Shown here: piece by piece, positions 11,372-25,188 of the stretch
Layout: every line of letters starts with the position of its first letter
How positions within the stretch are numbered: position 1 is the stretch's first letter
NCBI GenBank assembly: GCA_951406725.2
Contig: OX597831.1
Coordinates: forward strand, 61,504,001-61,568,000
Origin: Octopus vulgaris
Taxonomy: Eukaryota
Direction: 5' to 3'
Length of the DNA: 64,000 bases
Notes under the pieces: model-generated
The model's database searches: none
What the model was told of the DNA's origin: nothing
Seen by the model: the letters and a program-made list of their open reading frames with translations, nothing else
Made by a program: the position numbers and the translations under genes

Positions 11372-12099
11372 GTGTGTGTAGGTATTCAGTAATGAATTTC
11401 AGACCCGTACTGATATTCATAGCTTTGTGCTCTGTGTTAGGCTATATGCACTATTCTACAACACTCCACCTGCATCTAATGAAGAGGACTGCTTCACCAA
11501 ACTGGGCCACCAACCATCGCACTGAACGCCACCTCCTGGCCAGTTCTAAGCAGTCGATCATTTTTCGGGCGTCTGTCAATGTGTTGTGGACCAGTTTAAC
11601 GTTCACAGGCGTCCCCGACATCTGAACATATGGAGTGTGGCTTTTAAGCTAGTACATATATAATAGAAAGCTGACAAAGGAGTAAATGAGTCTTATGAGT
11701 AAATGAGTCTTGGCCAATGAAGTTCATAAGAGAATCCTTTATTCCTTTGTCATCTCTCTTTCTTATTACCACTCTATACTCAGCTAACATTTCATTCTGA
11801 ATCAAACGTGTATTGAGCTCTAAACTGGGTTATTGATCTCACAATCCTAAGCAAAATATATATATATGTATAAACCTGTGCGTGTGTCTTTGTGTCTCTG
11901 TTTGTCCTCCACCACTGCCTGGTAACTGCTGTTAGTATGTTTACATCCATGTAACTAAATGGTTTAGCAAAAAGAGACTGATAGAATAAATATCAGGTTT
12001 AAAATAGAAAAGGGATTTGGATCAACTCCTTCAACTTAAATTCAATTTTCTTCATATATATGTTTACATGTGAAAGATTATGCTAAAACACTGTTAGGT

Positions 12100-12300
12100 C
12101 TTAAACAAAATTCACACATTCATAGATATGGACTACCAAATATAAATAGCATTCATTATGGAATTTCATCTCAGTGAACAAATTTCTTCTTGCAGTTATT
12201 GTGTAAATATACTTCAAGCTCCATATGATGTCAGCAGATGACCAAACACCAAGGTCTTTAATAGCTTTCATCTCATTACTGATAGACAATGTCTCTATTC
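12100..12300 (-). mobile_element. Highly decayed LINE (CR1/L2-like) RT C-terminal fragment
   Basis: KAIKDLGVWSSADIIW resembles the KDLGV..S.DL.W motif. Confidence 0.35.
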
Positions 12301-12512
12301 TCTTGGGCTAAATAGGAACTTTGATTCATATGTAAAAATCAGCAAAACAATTGCCTGACATGTGATGAAGCTTGCCAAGTTGGAATTAAATCTGTATATG
12401 AAGCAAGTAGTATCAAAGTAATGATGTGTACATTTATTCTTATTCTGTTCCCGTACACTCAAATATACAGGGTTTTGTGTTGGTAATCAAGATACTCTTT
12501 ATAGACTTTTTG

Positions 12513-12930
12513 GGATCTTTTCGGGTTTGAATGGCAGTTTTTTCTAGCGGTGTCACATGAAATTGTCACCCATAATTATGACCCTAGTATCGATCTATTG
12601 CATTTCAATCTGTTTTAGGGTTAGGGTTAGGGGTGGGGGGAAGGGTGTCTTTTTTTCTTCACAAATGTAAATAAACCCAATCTGTTTCTTAAACGAGGGA
12701 CATATACATACGGCACAGAATGTTTTTACCTCAATGGATGTCAGTGATTGGTTGAAAATGCAGAAATTGAAGAAAAGAAAACAACAAATATCTTACAAAC
12801 TATAGAATTTTCTCAATAAAGCCAAGAGAAAAAGATGTTTTATTAACACATTCTACCAGTATACGAAGGTTAACATTTTTTAGATACCTAGAAATTATGT
12901 TAAAAACTGCCGTTCAGACCGAAAAGATCC
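12513..12930 (+). mobile_element. Merlin-like MITE with TTAGGG tract
   Basis: GGATC...GATCC TIRs; perfect 8-bp TSD ACTTTTTG. Confidence 0.92.
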
Positions 12931-13212
12931 ACTTTTTGTTTTTAATAAATAGTCTATTTATCAGATAGGTATTCATACATACACATGTAGATAGTAAGAA
13001 CATCTTAGATTAAAAATTTTTTTTTTTTTCTGGCAACAATTGCTTAAAGGATCATATCATGCTTTGGCTTCATGAAATATAATGGTAGGGGGTAAGGAAG
13101 GGATTGCACACCTGGATAAAGCTAATCACAGAAAGTTTTTTTACAGTTGAAAAATATCTTAAATTTCAGAATATTTCATATATATATATGGGGAAGGGTG
13201 TGTGTGTGTGTG

Positions 13213-13390
13213 TATGAGGGAGTGCTAAAAGTTCCTGGATTTGGGTACAAGAAAATACAGGAGGATCAGTTAATTATGATTTTATTCAACATATTCCCCA
13301 TCTCAGACTTATTGCAGCAGTAGTCCTTCAGTAAAAGAACTTGGAAGGCTGGCTTTCTAACCAGGCCTTTCACGATACCCTTTACAGCCT
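13213..13390 (+). mobile_element. Tc1/mariner-type non-autonomous fragment (second copy 18868-19060)
   Basis: TA(C/T)GAGGG.GTGCT.AAAAGTTCCTGG terminus typical of mariner TIRs; the two copies align over about 180 bp. Confidence 0.65.
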
Positions 13391-13829
13391 CTCCTCATGT
13401 ATGTATATGTATGTACACCCGCGCACACATACTCACACACATATATATATCATAAAATATATTTGCCAACTAAATGTGGCAGTCCTATAGAGAATGGTGT
13501 TACTGTTGTTTTTAGCCCCAGGAAGACATCTTCACCGCTGGCCAAAGACACACAGTCTGTATCCAATAAGTATTTGTGAGGGAGGTCATCATTGCCATAT
13601 CTAGCCTTATGTGGTGCAAATACTCAGGTTTCTGAGTGGTTACCTGTCTTCAGTATGTGTTAATCACTGACTAGTGATGAAGAACTCATTCCACTAGCAA
13701 AATACTTTATCGTTCTTCTAGCGACACACTGTCACTGACCTCATAAATAGAGAGATAAGTTATATTAAATCTCTGAGCAAGATATAAACAGTAACAGTAC
13801 AGAATTGTAATATATACATATATATATAC

Positions 13830-14063
13830 AGGCGGCGAGCTGGCAGAAACGTTAGCACGTCGGGCGAAATGCGTAGCCGTATTTCGTCTGCCGTTAAGTG
13901 TTCTGGGTTCAAATTCCGCCGAGGTCGACTTTGCCTTTCATCCTTTCGGGGTCGATAAATTAAGTACCAGTTACGCACTGGGGTCGATGTAATCGACTTA
14001 ATCCCTTTGTCTGTCCTTGTTTGTCCCCTCTATGTTTAGCCCCTTGTGGGTAGTAAAGAAATA
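13830..14063 (+). mobile_element. Family-A SINE (single unit, young)
   Basis: Near-consensus with CpGs intact. Confidence 0.92.
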
Positions 14064-14072
14064 TATATATAT

Positions 14073-14470
14073 ACTCTTACTCTTTTACTTGTTTCAGTCA
14101 CATGACTGTGGCCATGCTGGAGCACCGCCTTTAGTTGAGCAAATCGACCCCAGGACTTATTCTTTGTAAGCCTAGTACTTATTCTGTTGGTCTCTTTTGC
14201 TGAACCGCTAAGTTATGGGGACGTAAACACACCAGCATCAGTTGTCAAGCAATGTTGGGGGGACAAACACAGACACACAAACATATACACGCACATACAT
14301 ATATATATATATAAATATATACGACGGGCTTCTTTCAGTTTCCGTCTACCAAATCCACTCACAAGTCTTTGGTCAGCCCGAGGCTATAGTAGAAGGTACC
14401 ATGCAGTGGGACTGAACCCGGAACCATGTGGTTGGTAAGCAAGCTACTTACGACACAGCCACTCCTACAC
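14073..14470 (-). mobile_element. Family-B SINE, tail-to-tail with the preceding SINE
   Basis: Reverse complement of 10436-10842. Confidence 0.9.
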
Positions 14471-14505
14471 TATATATATATATGTGTGTCTGTGTGTATG
14501 TATGC

Positions 14506-14544
<39 letters not shown>

Positions 14545-14699
14545 TATGGTGATGCAAACGAGAATTAGGACTCAAAATATGAGTATGTGTATATTTTTAT
14601 TAATATTAGCTGAAGCAAAAGATTAACTCAAGTGCCAATGCTCAAAACACTCAGCCCTTGAGTTACTCTGTTGCTTCTACTAAATATTTGATAGCTTCT

Positions 14700-15540
14700 G
14701 TTACCTAGGTGATCAAGTCAGTAGTGTAGCAGCTAGAACAAGAATAGGTTGGGCAAAGTTCAGATAGGTCCTACTTCTGCTGGTAACAAAGGGCCTCTTC
14801 CTCAGAATGAAAGACAGTTTGTATGATGCCTGCGTGCAAAGAGCCATACTACATAGCAGTGAAACATGGAGTGTAACTACTGGGAACATGCATAGGCTTG
14901 AAAGAAATGAAGCTGGTATGGTTCACTAGATGTGAAATGTCAGTGTGCATGTACAACAGAGTGTAAGTATCTTGAGAGAAAGGTTTAGCATAAGAGGCAT
15001 CGGATGTGGTGTGCAAGAGAGATGACTGTGCTAATATGGTCATGTGATGTGCATGGATGTGGACAGCCGTGTGAAAAAGTGCCAATCTTTATCAGTGGAA
15101 GGATGTCGTCGGACCAGGTGGTAAAGTTTGATCTTCAAACGTTGGCCCTCAAGGAGGCAATGACTGGTGAGTGAGACCTTGGGCAATATATCATACAGGA
15201 GAAGACCCATCAAGTCAAGTGAAATTGTAACTGGCACCTAAAAAACACCTTTTGAACATTGAGTCTCATGGAGGTAATATGGCTGATGCTGGTCTTGCGT
15301 AACTGGCACCCATATCGGTGGCATGTAAAATGCATTTTTTGTGTGCTGGGCCTCATGGAGACAATAACAAATGGCTGAGACCTTTGTCAATATGCTGTGC
15401 TTGAGGAGACCCATCAAGCCAAGTGAAATTGTAGTTGTATCATATGAATGGCATATAAAAGCCCCTATCCCACCCTTAGAGTGGTTGGCATTAGGAAGGG
15501 TATCCAGCCATAGAAACAGTACCAAATCAGACTGGAATCT
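14700..15540 (+). mobile_element. Decayed RTE-clade LINE 3' part (ORF end plus 3'UTR)
   Basis: RIGWAKFR..LYDACVQRAILHSSETW...RLERNE with stops, continuing into the GAGTGGTTGGCATTAGGAAGGG tail family. Confidence 0.75.
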
Positions 15541-16237
15541 ACAATAGCAAAAACGGATGTATCTAAATGAAAGCAAATAAAATATTGTCCATGTTCAAAG
15601 TTCAAATATTCAAACTGGTTTTAAAATATCAAAAAAAAAGGAATTGAAATAACAGCTTTTAGAAATGAAAATTAAGAATAATATATAATATATAAAAAAA
15701 AATAGGTGGTGTAAATCACCCAGAAATATGGAACACCATGTAATGTGTATATGTGTGTGAAATAGACTGCAACTGAAGCCTACAGAAAAGTTTTTTTTTA
15801 ACTTTGGACATGTCTGCTGCAAGTACGTAAACATGTTTTTGAACAAATGTCATTTGCAGGGCAGGGTAATCTTCTTTTTTTTTATTTGTTAAAATAACAA
15901 ATGAGATGCAAAGTATACAAAAATATGCTCAAGAAAAGTAATTGAGAGTCTCTTTGCAAATTCGTGTATGCAAAACAGTTTATTGCAATTCAGCTTTGTG
16001 TTGCCAGCTTCTGCTGGGCCACAAAATACAACTGTCTGGTCCATGTTAGCAGCTTTTTCTGTTGAAGAAATTTTTCGGTTCCCTTGATATATTCTGTATA
16101 CACACAGTAGACTGTATATTATAATATAATGGTGTTTGCTGACTCTTACTGTTCAGTAGTCATCTGTGTTGGAATATAAAGTATTAGTTATGTTTGGTAA
16201 TCAAATCTTTGATTTCACTACTTAAAGCAGGAGGCAA

Positions 16238-16772
16238 TCATCATCATCATTGTTCGACCGTGGTCGAGACAATGGAATTTACTATGTTACGCCAGACTTC
16301 AGGGACCATCATAGCATTATGAAGGTCCTGTTGCTGGATGCCTGTATCCCTGGAGATTACAACAGGGTAGGAGAGTGTGCACCCTCTGTTATCGCGAGTA
16401 GATGGCTTCCAGAGGAGAAGAGTAGAAATTACCTCGTTTTCAGCTCTACAACAATGTCCAGCAAACTGGACTCTTCTACCTTTCACAAGAGATAATACAG
16501 GTGGTAGTTTTCCATATATTTGTATTTTGGTTGGATGACGCTTCCACGAGAGATTTTGAGCTCTCATAAGGAAGCGAGTGTAAGTTCCATCCAACCGCCT
16601 CTCAAGCTTCTTTGATGATGTCCAGGTTTCTGAGCCATATAGTAGAATTGGTTCGACTGTGGCTTTGAAGATTTTAAGTTTGAAGTCTGTACTTAGATTT
16701 GATGACCAGATCTTATGCATATCATTACAGGCTGACCTGGCCATACCCTTTCTAGCTAGAAAATCTTTTGCC
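16238..16772 (-). mobile_element. 5'-truncated RTE-clade LINE with open ORF C-terminus
   Basis: KIFKATVEPILLYGSETWT...LDGTYTR...RRVQFAGHCCR; (ATG)n tail; TSD GGAGGCAA (16230-16237 and 16773-16780). Confidence 0.9.
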
Positions 16773-17591
16773 GGAGGCAAAAGGCAGACTAAAAGGTGAA
16801 ATTGATGCATATTTGAAGAAATTTCATTCACTGAGAAAACCAAGGGAAAGGATTTCCAGCATAAATAGGAGAAATGAAGGACAAAGCAGCTTGAATTGCT
16901 AAGCTATTACTATTTTCAGAAGAAATGGATGGGACAGGTAAAGTTGCCATTCTTTTGGGAATAGAAATTAGTTGAAACCTCGCGAATGAAAGGATATGAA
17001 AAGATTGGAGAAGTTTGAGATCAGCTTCACTCCGGAATCACATATGAGAGAAGAGTTTCCTCATGTCGAAGAGTAGATTTAATTTCTGTTTCAAGCAAGA
17101 TGGAAGATGCGCCTGGGCTAACAGCGTTCTTGATGTTGTAGTTTGTACAGGTAGGTGTTGCAGTAGATAGAACTGCATGTGAGGTGGCTTTTGCTCCTTT
17201 TGATCTTCTCATAGTTGTGAGTCACTAATGTCACACTTTTTTGTTGTCAGCTGGTCTTTGGTGATGACTGGTTGACATGATGAATGAAAATATGTCTCTT
17301 GGTCATCTGCATGGGCTGACTGGTGTGGTAAGAATACACATCACAGCTGCCTCAGCATTCTGCTGGTAAGAGTGTGGGAACCAAAAGTGGCTCTTTTATT
17401 ATAGAGTACAAGGAAAGGATTCTAAAAGATTGAATCAAGTGATGGCTTCATACTTATTGGCTACTTAACAGACTGATCATGTGAAACAACTGTGGTTAGG
17501 TCGTGATGTAAGAACAGTTACTAGCGGTTTGGTTTCAAATCCCTGTCATAGTGTATCAAATGATGCAGAGATGCTAGAGAAATATGTCCTG

Positions 17592-17627
<36 letters not shown>

Positions 17628-17631
<4 letters not shown>

Positions 17632-17858
17632 TCTTTATTGCCCACAAAGGGCTAAACATAGAGGGGACAAACAAGGACAGACAAAGGGATTAAGTCGATT
17701 ACATCAACCCCACTGTGAAACTGGTACTTTATTTATCGACCCCGAAAGGATGAAAGGCAAAATCAACCTCAGCAGAATTTGAACTCACAACATAACGGCA
17801 GACGAAATACCACTAAGCATTTGCCTGGCACGCTAACGTTTCTGCCAGCTTGCTGCCT
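17628..17858 (-). mobile_element. Family-A SINE
   Basis: Reverse complement of consensus; flanking duplication TGTCCTGT(A/G)TATA. Confidence 0.9.
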
Positions 17859-19704
17859 ATCTCTGTCCTGTGTATAACGGGACCCACAAGAGAGGTAAAA
17901 AGGTTAAAATAGCTAGATCATGCATCTCTCCTTTATATTGTGCAATACATACAACCTCTTGTATACCCTCTCATCACCCCCAACATCTTTCATACCCTCT
18001 CATCTCCCCATCATATCTTCAATCACCATGCCATGCCAAACATAACTGAGAGAGAAGCACTTGATCTGTTCTTATTGAATATTACCTTTCCCCTATGTCC
18101 ACCTTTCAGGCTTGTGACTTTTCCTTTTCCTAGCCCTTCAAACTATGATGCCTGAATAGAGAAAGAATGCTGGACATATTTGTCCTTTTTGAAATGTTTA
18201 CACTTTGAGAGGCTAAACAAACTAAAACAAAATTGTGCAAAAAAAATCTATTAAAGAGAACATACTTTGTAGCAATAAATTTTGTTAAAATATTGAAAGA
18301 ATAAATTTGCATTTTTATTTTTAATACCCAAAGTAAGGCTTTGTAAATTTTCACTTTGCTTCTGATTTTTTGCTGTGCATGAATACATTTTAATTAATGA
18401 TGAACCATCAAAAGCACAAATATTCAATTTAGGCTATCCACCTTGCTGCTAACCTAATTCATGACGGTTTATAAGCAGCTGATCAATGCCATTGATTGGG
18501 GAAGGAAGCCAAGGGAGAGTCAACAGATCAGGAAATAGCCCATCAGAAGAGACCCTCGTTTTTGCACATCAGAAGTATAGAAAGAATTTGTTTATGTTCT
18601 TATTCAAACCACAGTAATGCTTAGTATTAATTAAATTAATTTCAGTTCTTCTGATCTACAGTACCATGCATAAGTAGACATTATTTATATATTAATCGTG
18701 GCATTAAATTTACATTTCATTTTAATTCAAATCCCCAATTTTTTTTTTATAGTGTTGTAAAACATATAAATGAGAATTAATGAAGCAAACAAATCATCAT
18801 TTCAATAATCTAATTAAAAACTAGAAAACATCTATTTACCAAAGATATAAGCTTTAAATTTGTGGTTTACGAGGGGGTGCTGAAAAGTTCCTGGCTTTGG
18901 GTGAAAGAAAATACAGGAGGATCAGTTAATTATGATCTTATTCAACATATTCCCTCAAATTCATACACTCATTGCCGTAGTCCTTCAGTTTTTCTAATTC
19001 CTGTAAAAGAATTCGGAAATTGGGCCTCAAACCAGGCCTTTCACAATACCCTTAAAACCACAATTCTTCACATTGACTTAGTGAGCTTAAAGCCCACTAA
19101 TTTGATCATTTGATCAAATATCCGGTATTCCTTCGATAGCTGTAAGAGTTAATCCAATGAAAAACAACAGCAATTCATGTGAGTTTTTGAGGCCTTCGTG
19201 TACATGGTATGTTTATTCTGATCCGAGAGGAGAGCATTCGTACGGAGCTTGAACATTTGTGTGTTTTCCGTCCTATAACTGTCTATCTTTCTACTTTTGT
19301 AGGGTCTTTCTTGTTGCTGTCACATAATGTCAAATTTTAAAATTACATCAAAATTTTCAAATTTGATATATTGAAATAATTTTCCACGTTAAATCCGATT
19401 TTGTTATTTATTTCTTCCTAACATCCAGTTGAATTATAGACAAATTGGATTTCAATAAAAATCTATAATGGGCCCCCTAGGGAAGGAAGCTGTAGCACAT
19501 GTTTACAAATCAGCTACGATAAGTTACGGCACATGACAATGCCAGCTACAATACACGGACTATTTGTCAATGTGTTTGTAAATGTATCTATTTATCTAAT
19601 TTATTTTACTCAGATGCGTATTCATTTGTTAAAATAATATAGAGACATCTCTTATTCACCAACTTGTTTATTTAATTATTTGTAATACCTATTTCTAACA
19701 CTAA

Positions 19705-20030
19705 GGAAGGAGCACTCCGTCGGTTGCGACAATGAGGGTCCCAGCTGATACGATCAACAGAACAGCTTGCTCATGAAATTAACGTGCAAGTGGCTGAGCA
19801 CTCCACAGACACATGTACCCTTAACACGTAGTTCTCGGGGAGATTCAGCGTGACACAGAGTGTGACAAGGCTGATCCTTTGAAATACAGGTGCAACTCAT
19901 TTTTGCCAGCTGAGTGGACTGAAGCAATGGGAAATAAAGTGTCTTGCTCAAGAACACAATGCACTGTCGGGAATTGAACTCACGACCTTACAATCATGAG
20001 CTTGGTACCTTAACCGCTAAGCCACGCACT
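19705..20030 (-). mobile_element. tRNA-headed SINE sharing its middle domain with 22611-23120
   Basis: Head GCGTGGCTTAGCGGTTAAG...GAGTTCAATTCC; middle CAGCCTTGTCACACTCTGTGTCACGCTGAATC. Confidence 0.85.
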
Positions 20031-20109
20031 AACAATAAACTATTACCATAAAGGTTAATAAGATATTTAATGGCTTAATTACACCTAACTGATTCTAAAA
20101 TTTATATAC

Positions 20110-20235
20110 TGACATAGGATTGGGGATAGGAATGGGAGCAGAACTAAAATGGGATAGGATATGTAACAGTGTAATAGGAATGGGAACTGGAAATAACCCC
20201 TGCTTTTCCAGGTATTACCGGGTAATTCAGCTAGT
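20110..20235 (+). mobile_element. Helitron 3' end fragment
   Basis: GGGATAGGA repeats, small hairpin CCAGGTATTACCGGG, then CTAG-T. Confidence 0.45.
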
Positions 20236-20399
20236 GCATATATATATATATATATATTATATTGTGTGAAATTTGATTTAGTATTTCTAAATTGAATTTT
20301 TTCCTTGTAATTTTGGATTTTATACCCTCAAATAATAATTATACATATATATATATATATATATGAAATATACACATAAACTGCATAAAGAAGTGTTGA

Positions 20400-20585
20400 T
20401 CTCTAGCTAGTGGGAAGCTGTGGAAGAGGGGGAACCTAGCAGGACATGGAATGAGGTGGTGAAATATGATCCTCGCTTAGCCAGTGGAGTGGCATCATTT
20501 GAAGGCTAAAACAAGGTGAAGCGCATTGTGACCAGCGATGTGTAGCAACATCTGATAGCCTGGTCGGTCACGGTGATCACAGTGA
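20400..20585 (+). mobile_element. RTE ORF-end fragment followed by a family-C SINE tail fragment
   Basis: GRG.P.RTW.EVV..D-like remnant; 20475-20585 matches the tail of 62866-63137. Confidence 0.55.
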
Positions 20586-21866
20586 CATATATATATATAT
20601 ATGTATGTATATGTATTCACACACACTCATGCAGAGAAGAGGAGAGAGGCACATAATTACATGCACATGCATAGATGGTAGCCCATCATGCACTTTCCAT
20701 TGATCAAATTTCTTGCACCTGTATTGATCAACCCCAATGCTTGCCCACGGTGCCACACACTGTGTATAAACCCAAACTGCTGGATTGCAGTGTGAACTTT
20801 CCAAGCACATTATCATCTTCTTATAATCATTCACATGATTCACCTGTTTAGAATACATCAGTAGAATTTCCATAGCTTGAAAGATAAATTTTCTGCTTCT
20901 ACTATACTCATGTAACCATAATGTTTTATTTATTTTCTATTTACCACATTGTAAAAAAAATATTTGATTAGCTACATTTATTCTTCTATTCCCTAATCCA
21001 GTATAATGGTAACTTCAATGAAGTTTACTTAAGCCATGTAAAAATACCGAAATACAATTTCTTTAGTAATGTAAATACAAAAGATATATTCAAAATTGCC
21101 TAATCACAAATCTCCCATCTATATTTATTATGATGACCAACAAAGGAGATATCAATGATATTTATATGATCATCCCTAGATACATCACTATTGATTCTTT
21201 ATAGTGTATTTTACTTGTATTTTTTATCACAAATTCTTGAAAGAAAATATACAAACGTAAACAAAAATCAAATAACAATTTTCGATAATGATTCAAAATA
21301 TTCTAAGACTTGTGAATTTTACTGTACATTTATTCAAATACACCGAAATATATTTCTCCTAACAGCTTCATGAATTTCAAGTAGCAGTCACTTAAGTGCT
21401 TTTCTTCAAAATTGCTACCACTATCAAAAAGACACCCAAATCTTGTATTTTCGCCATTAAATGCTGCCTTCATTCTTACTTCAATATATATTAGCTGAAA
21501 TGTATTTCAAGAATTTCAAGTTGTAGTATATCCTATTAATTTCCCAATTCAAATACATTCCTATTATCTTGAACTTTAGAGTAAGCTATAAACGATTGTT
21601 ATTTTACCGATATGTATATATAAATACACACACACACACTCACACACACACATATAGACAGACACATACACACACGCATGCACACACACATATGTATATC
21701 GACCTAGTTGTTTGTTTAAGCTGTATTATATCTATTGTATAAGCTGATGAAGTCCTTTCAGGTAATGCTCTTATGTAACAAAGCATAATGTTTTTAAAAT
21801 ATTTACATAGTATGCACACATGCATACATACATCTGCACGCAGTCACATACACACATATAAAAGCA

Positions 21867-21914
<48 letters not shown>

Positions 21915-22061
21915 AAAACACACATTTAATATACATGTACTTGTGTGTATGTATATGTACACGTATAAATATGGGTATATATAAATATATATATGTATGT
22001 ATATGTAAATATATATATATATGTATATGTAAATATATATATATATGTGTGTGTGTGTGTG

Positions 22062-22115
<54 letters not shown>

Positions 22116-22154
22116 TTATATGTGAGTGTGTTATATAAGTATATTATATACTGT

Positions 22155-22535
22155 CATGACTGTGTAGTAAGAAGTTTCTTTCTCAACTACATGGTTCCAG
22201 GTTCAGTCCTACTACGTGGCACCTTGAGCAAGTGTCTTCTGCTATAGCCTTGGGCCAACCATAGCCTTGTGAGTAGATTTGGTAGACAGAAACTGAAAGA
22301 AGCCAATCACATGTATGTGTGTGTGTGTATGTTTGTTTTTTTGTTCCCCTCAACTCTTTGACAACCGGTGTTGGTGTGTTTATATCCATGAAACTTAAGG
22401 GCTTAGCAATAAAGACTGATATAATAAATAACAAGCTTTAAAAAATAGTCCTGGGGTTGATTCAGTCAACTAAAATTTCTTTAATGTGGTGCTCCAGCAT
22501 GGCCATGGCCTAATGACTGAAACACATGAAAGATA
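22155..22535 (+). mobile_element. Family-B SINE (older)
   Basis: Similar to 10436-10842. Confidence 0.85.
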
Positions 22536-22553
22536 TATATATGTATATGTGTG

Positions 22554-22604
<51 letters not shown>

Positions 22605-22610
22605 GTATAT

Positions 22611-23120
22611 GGAGGCACTGGCTCAGTGGTTAGGGCAGCTGACTCACTGTCATAGAATCATGGTTTTGATTCCCAGACCAGGCATTGTGAGTGTTTGTTG
22701 AGCGAAAACACCTAAAGATCCATGAGGCTCTGGCAGGTGGGGGGGGGGGTGAACCCTACTGTACTCTTTCACCATAACTTTCTCTCACTCTTTCTTCCTG
22801 TTTCTGTTGTACCTCTATTTCAAAGGGCCAGCCTTGTCACACTCTGTGTCACGCTGAATCCCCTCGAGAACTACGTTAAGGGTACATGTGTCTGTGGAGT
22901 GCTCAACCACTTGCACGTTAATAAATGAGCTGTGACATCACTGGTGCCAAGCTGTATCGGCCCCTTTGCCTTTCCCTTGGATAATATCGATGGCAAGGAG
23001 AAGGGAGGCTGGTATGCATGGGTGACTGCTGGGCTTCCATAAACAACCTTGCCCAGACTTGTGCCTTGGAGGGTAACTTTCTAGGTGCAATACCATGGTC
23101 ATTCATGACCGAAGGGGGTC
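22611..23120 (+). mobile_element. Family-C SINE (tRNA-like head), tail type 1
   Basis: Head GGAGGC.C..TGGCTCAGTGGTTAGGGCAG...GATTCCCAGACC; tail ending CATGACCGAAGGGGGTC. Confidence 0.88.
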
Positions 23121-23150
23121 AATCTAATACATACATATGCACACTCACAC

Positions 23151-23199
<49 letters not shown>

Positions 23200-23200
<1 letters not shown>

Positions 23201-23450
23201 ACTAATACAATTGTTTGTTTGTTTCCCACCTGCCTTCGTCTTTTGTCTATTTTCATAAAGCTTCCCGTTATATATATATATAGTTGGAAATTACAACAAG
23301 AACAAAACAGAAGACAAAGACAGGTGTGTAAACAACAAACAGAAAGTGAGAAAGTCTTTTACATTTCGAGCCAATGCTCTTCAACAGAAAAGAATACAGA
23401 AATAAGCAGAGAGAGAAAATAAAAAGGGTTTAGTGGCAAGCAATCAATCA
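23200..23450 (-). mobile_element. PLE pseudo-LTR fragments (inverted pair around a TA tract) with hammerhead-like motif at 23356-23391
   Basis: AAGACAAAGACAGGTG family; minus strand CTGTTGA-A-GAGC-ATTG-GCTC-GAAA-TG-TA. Confidence 0.65.
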
Positions 23451-23909
23451 TATGTGTTGTCTGTGTATATATACATATCTATATATCTATATATATATAT
23501 ATATATATGTGTGTGAGTGTGTGTGTGTTGTCTGTCTATATATATACACATATATATATATATATTCATTAACCCATAGTCTCCATAATTTTATTTCAAT
23601 TTTAGTTTAGGTTCATTGGAATATGCTATATTAACAATACTCTTTGGGACTTGCAGCTTCTTATATTGAACAGTCTCCTCAAGTTGACCTTAATATTTAA
23701 ATACTGATTATATGCGATATAATACACAAATGATTTATAGTCAACATCATGTATATTTACATCATGTATATTCACATATTGCATTAGAGCTATAGAAATT
23801 CAGAAATATCGCATATTGTATATATTTATTTATGTGTGCTGTGTATGTGTCTTTATGCTTGTATGTATAACTGTATCCAGGTGTTTATGTATGTATGTAC
23901 CTATTGGTC

Positions 23910-24069
23910 TCCTTCCCCCTTTATCCCCCTCTTTTGGTATATATATATGTATATATATATATATACTAGAATATATTAAATATCTATCTATCTATACATG
24001 TGCGTGTGTGCGTGTGTGTGTGCATGTATGTATATGTATGTATAAATATGTAAACATATTTAATGTGTA

Positions 24070-24110
<41 letters not shown>

Positions 24111-24128
24111 ATCCCCCTTTATCCCCCT

Positions 24129-24159
<31 letters not shown>

Positions 24160-24251
24160 CTTGAATATATTAAATAACTATCTATCTATATGTGTGTGTG
24201 TGCGTGTGAGCATGTATGTATATGTATGTATACATATGTAAACATATTTAA

Positions 24252-24290
<39 letters not shown>
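23910..24290 (+). repeat. Tandem duplication (~195 bp) of a microsatellite-rich unit
   Basis: CCCCTTTATCCCCCTCTTT...GAATATATTAAAT...ATATGTAAACATATTTAATGTGT occurs twice. Confidence 0.85.
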
Positions 24291-24696
24291 TTTTTCCGTT
24301 GGGTCTGCATTGAAACATTTAAATTCTTGCATATTTTGTTGGATTCTTCTCTTTTAAAGTACATACTTGCTTAGGTTTTGATAAATGACAATCAAATAAA
24401 ACAAGTAATTTATAATCAAATTCCCATGACAAGTATATCTGAAATCGTTTCAACATATTAAAACATAAGACATTTTTTTGTTTGTTTTTTTTATTACTCC
24501 GAACAAGAAATTTCTCTAATTTTATAATAATATATTTGTTAATGTTTGTATCTACAGCAAAGAATTCTAAAACCAATGTCTTTCTTTTTCCATTTTATTC
24601 TTTTTTTCAGTTTTGCCAACTAAATATTTACCAGCTATAATAGGCTTCATTCCATTTTCTGAAGTAGAAGTGTTTTTCATTATGTCACAAACGTTC

Positions 24697-25188
24697 ATCA
24701 TCATCATTATCAACATCATCGTTTAACGTCCGCTTTCCATGCTAGCATGGGTTGGACGATTTTGACTGAGGGCTGGCAAACCAGATGGCTGCACCAGGCT
24801 CCAATCTTGATTTGGCAGAGTTTCTACAGCTTGATGCCCTTCCTAACGCTAACCGCTCCGAGAGTGTAGTGGGTGCTTTGTATGTGCCACCAGCATGGAG
24901 GCCAGTCAGGTGGTACTGGCAATGACCTCGCTTGAATCTTTTTACATGTGCCAAAGTTGCAAGAGCCAGTGAAGCAACGTTGGTAATGATCACGCTCAAA
25001 TGGTGTCCTTTTACGTGCCACGGGTACGGAAGCCAGTTGGCTGCTCTGGCAATGATCCACTCGAATGGTGCCCTTTTACATGTCACAGGTACGGAAGCCA
25101 GTTGGCTGCTCTGGCAATGATCCACTCGAATGGTACCCTTTTACGTGCCACGGGTACAGAAGCCAGTTGGCTGCTCTAGCAATGATCA
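24697..25188 (-). mobile_element. RTE LINE 3'-end (tail family) with internal ~61-bp tandem units
   Basis: (GAT)n tail; CATGCTAGCATGGAAAGCGGACGTTAAAC end; three ~61-bp units at 25000-25188. Confidence 0.85.

Noticed and set aside
21743-21760. Isolated CTGATGAAGTCC hammerhead half-motif (also near 25265)
   Set aside because: No matching stem II partner or GAAA..UH nearby
22611-22680. tRNA genes at SINE heads
   Set aside because: A/B boxes are present but they continue into SINE bodies and have no intact cloverleaf
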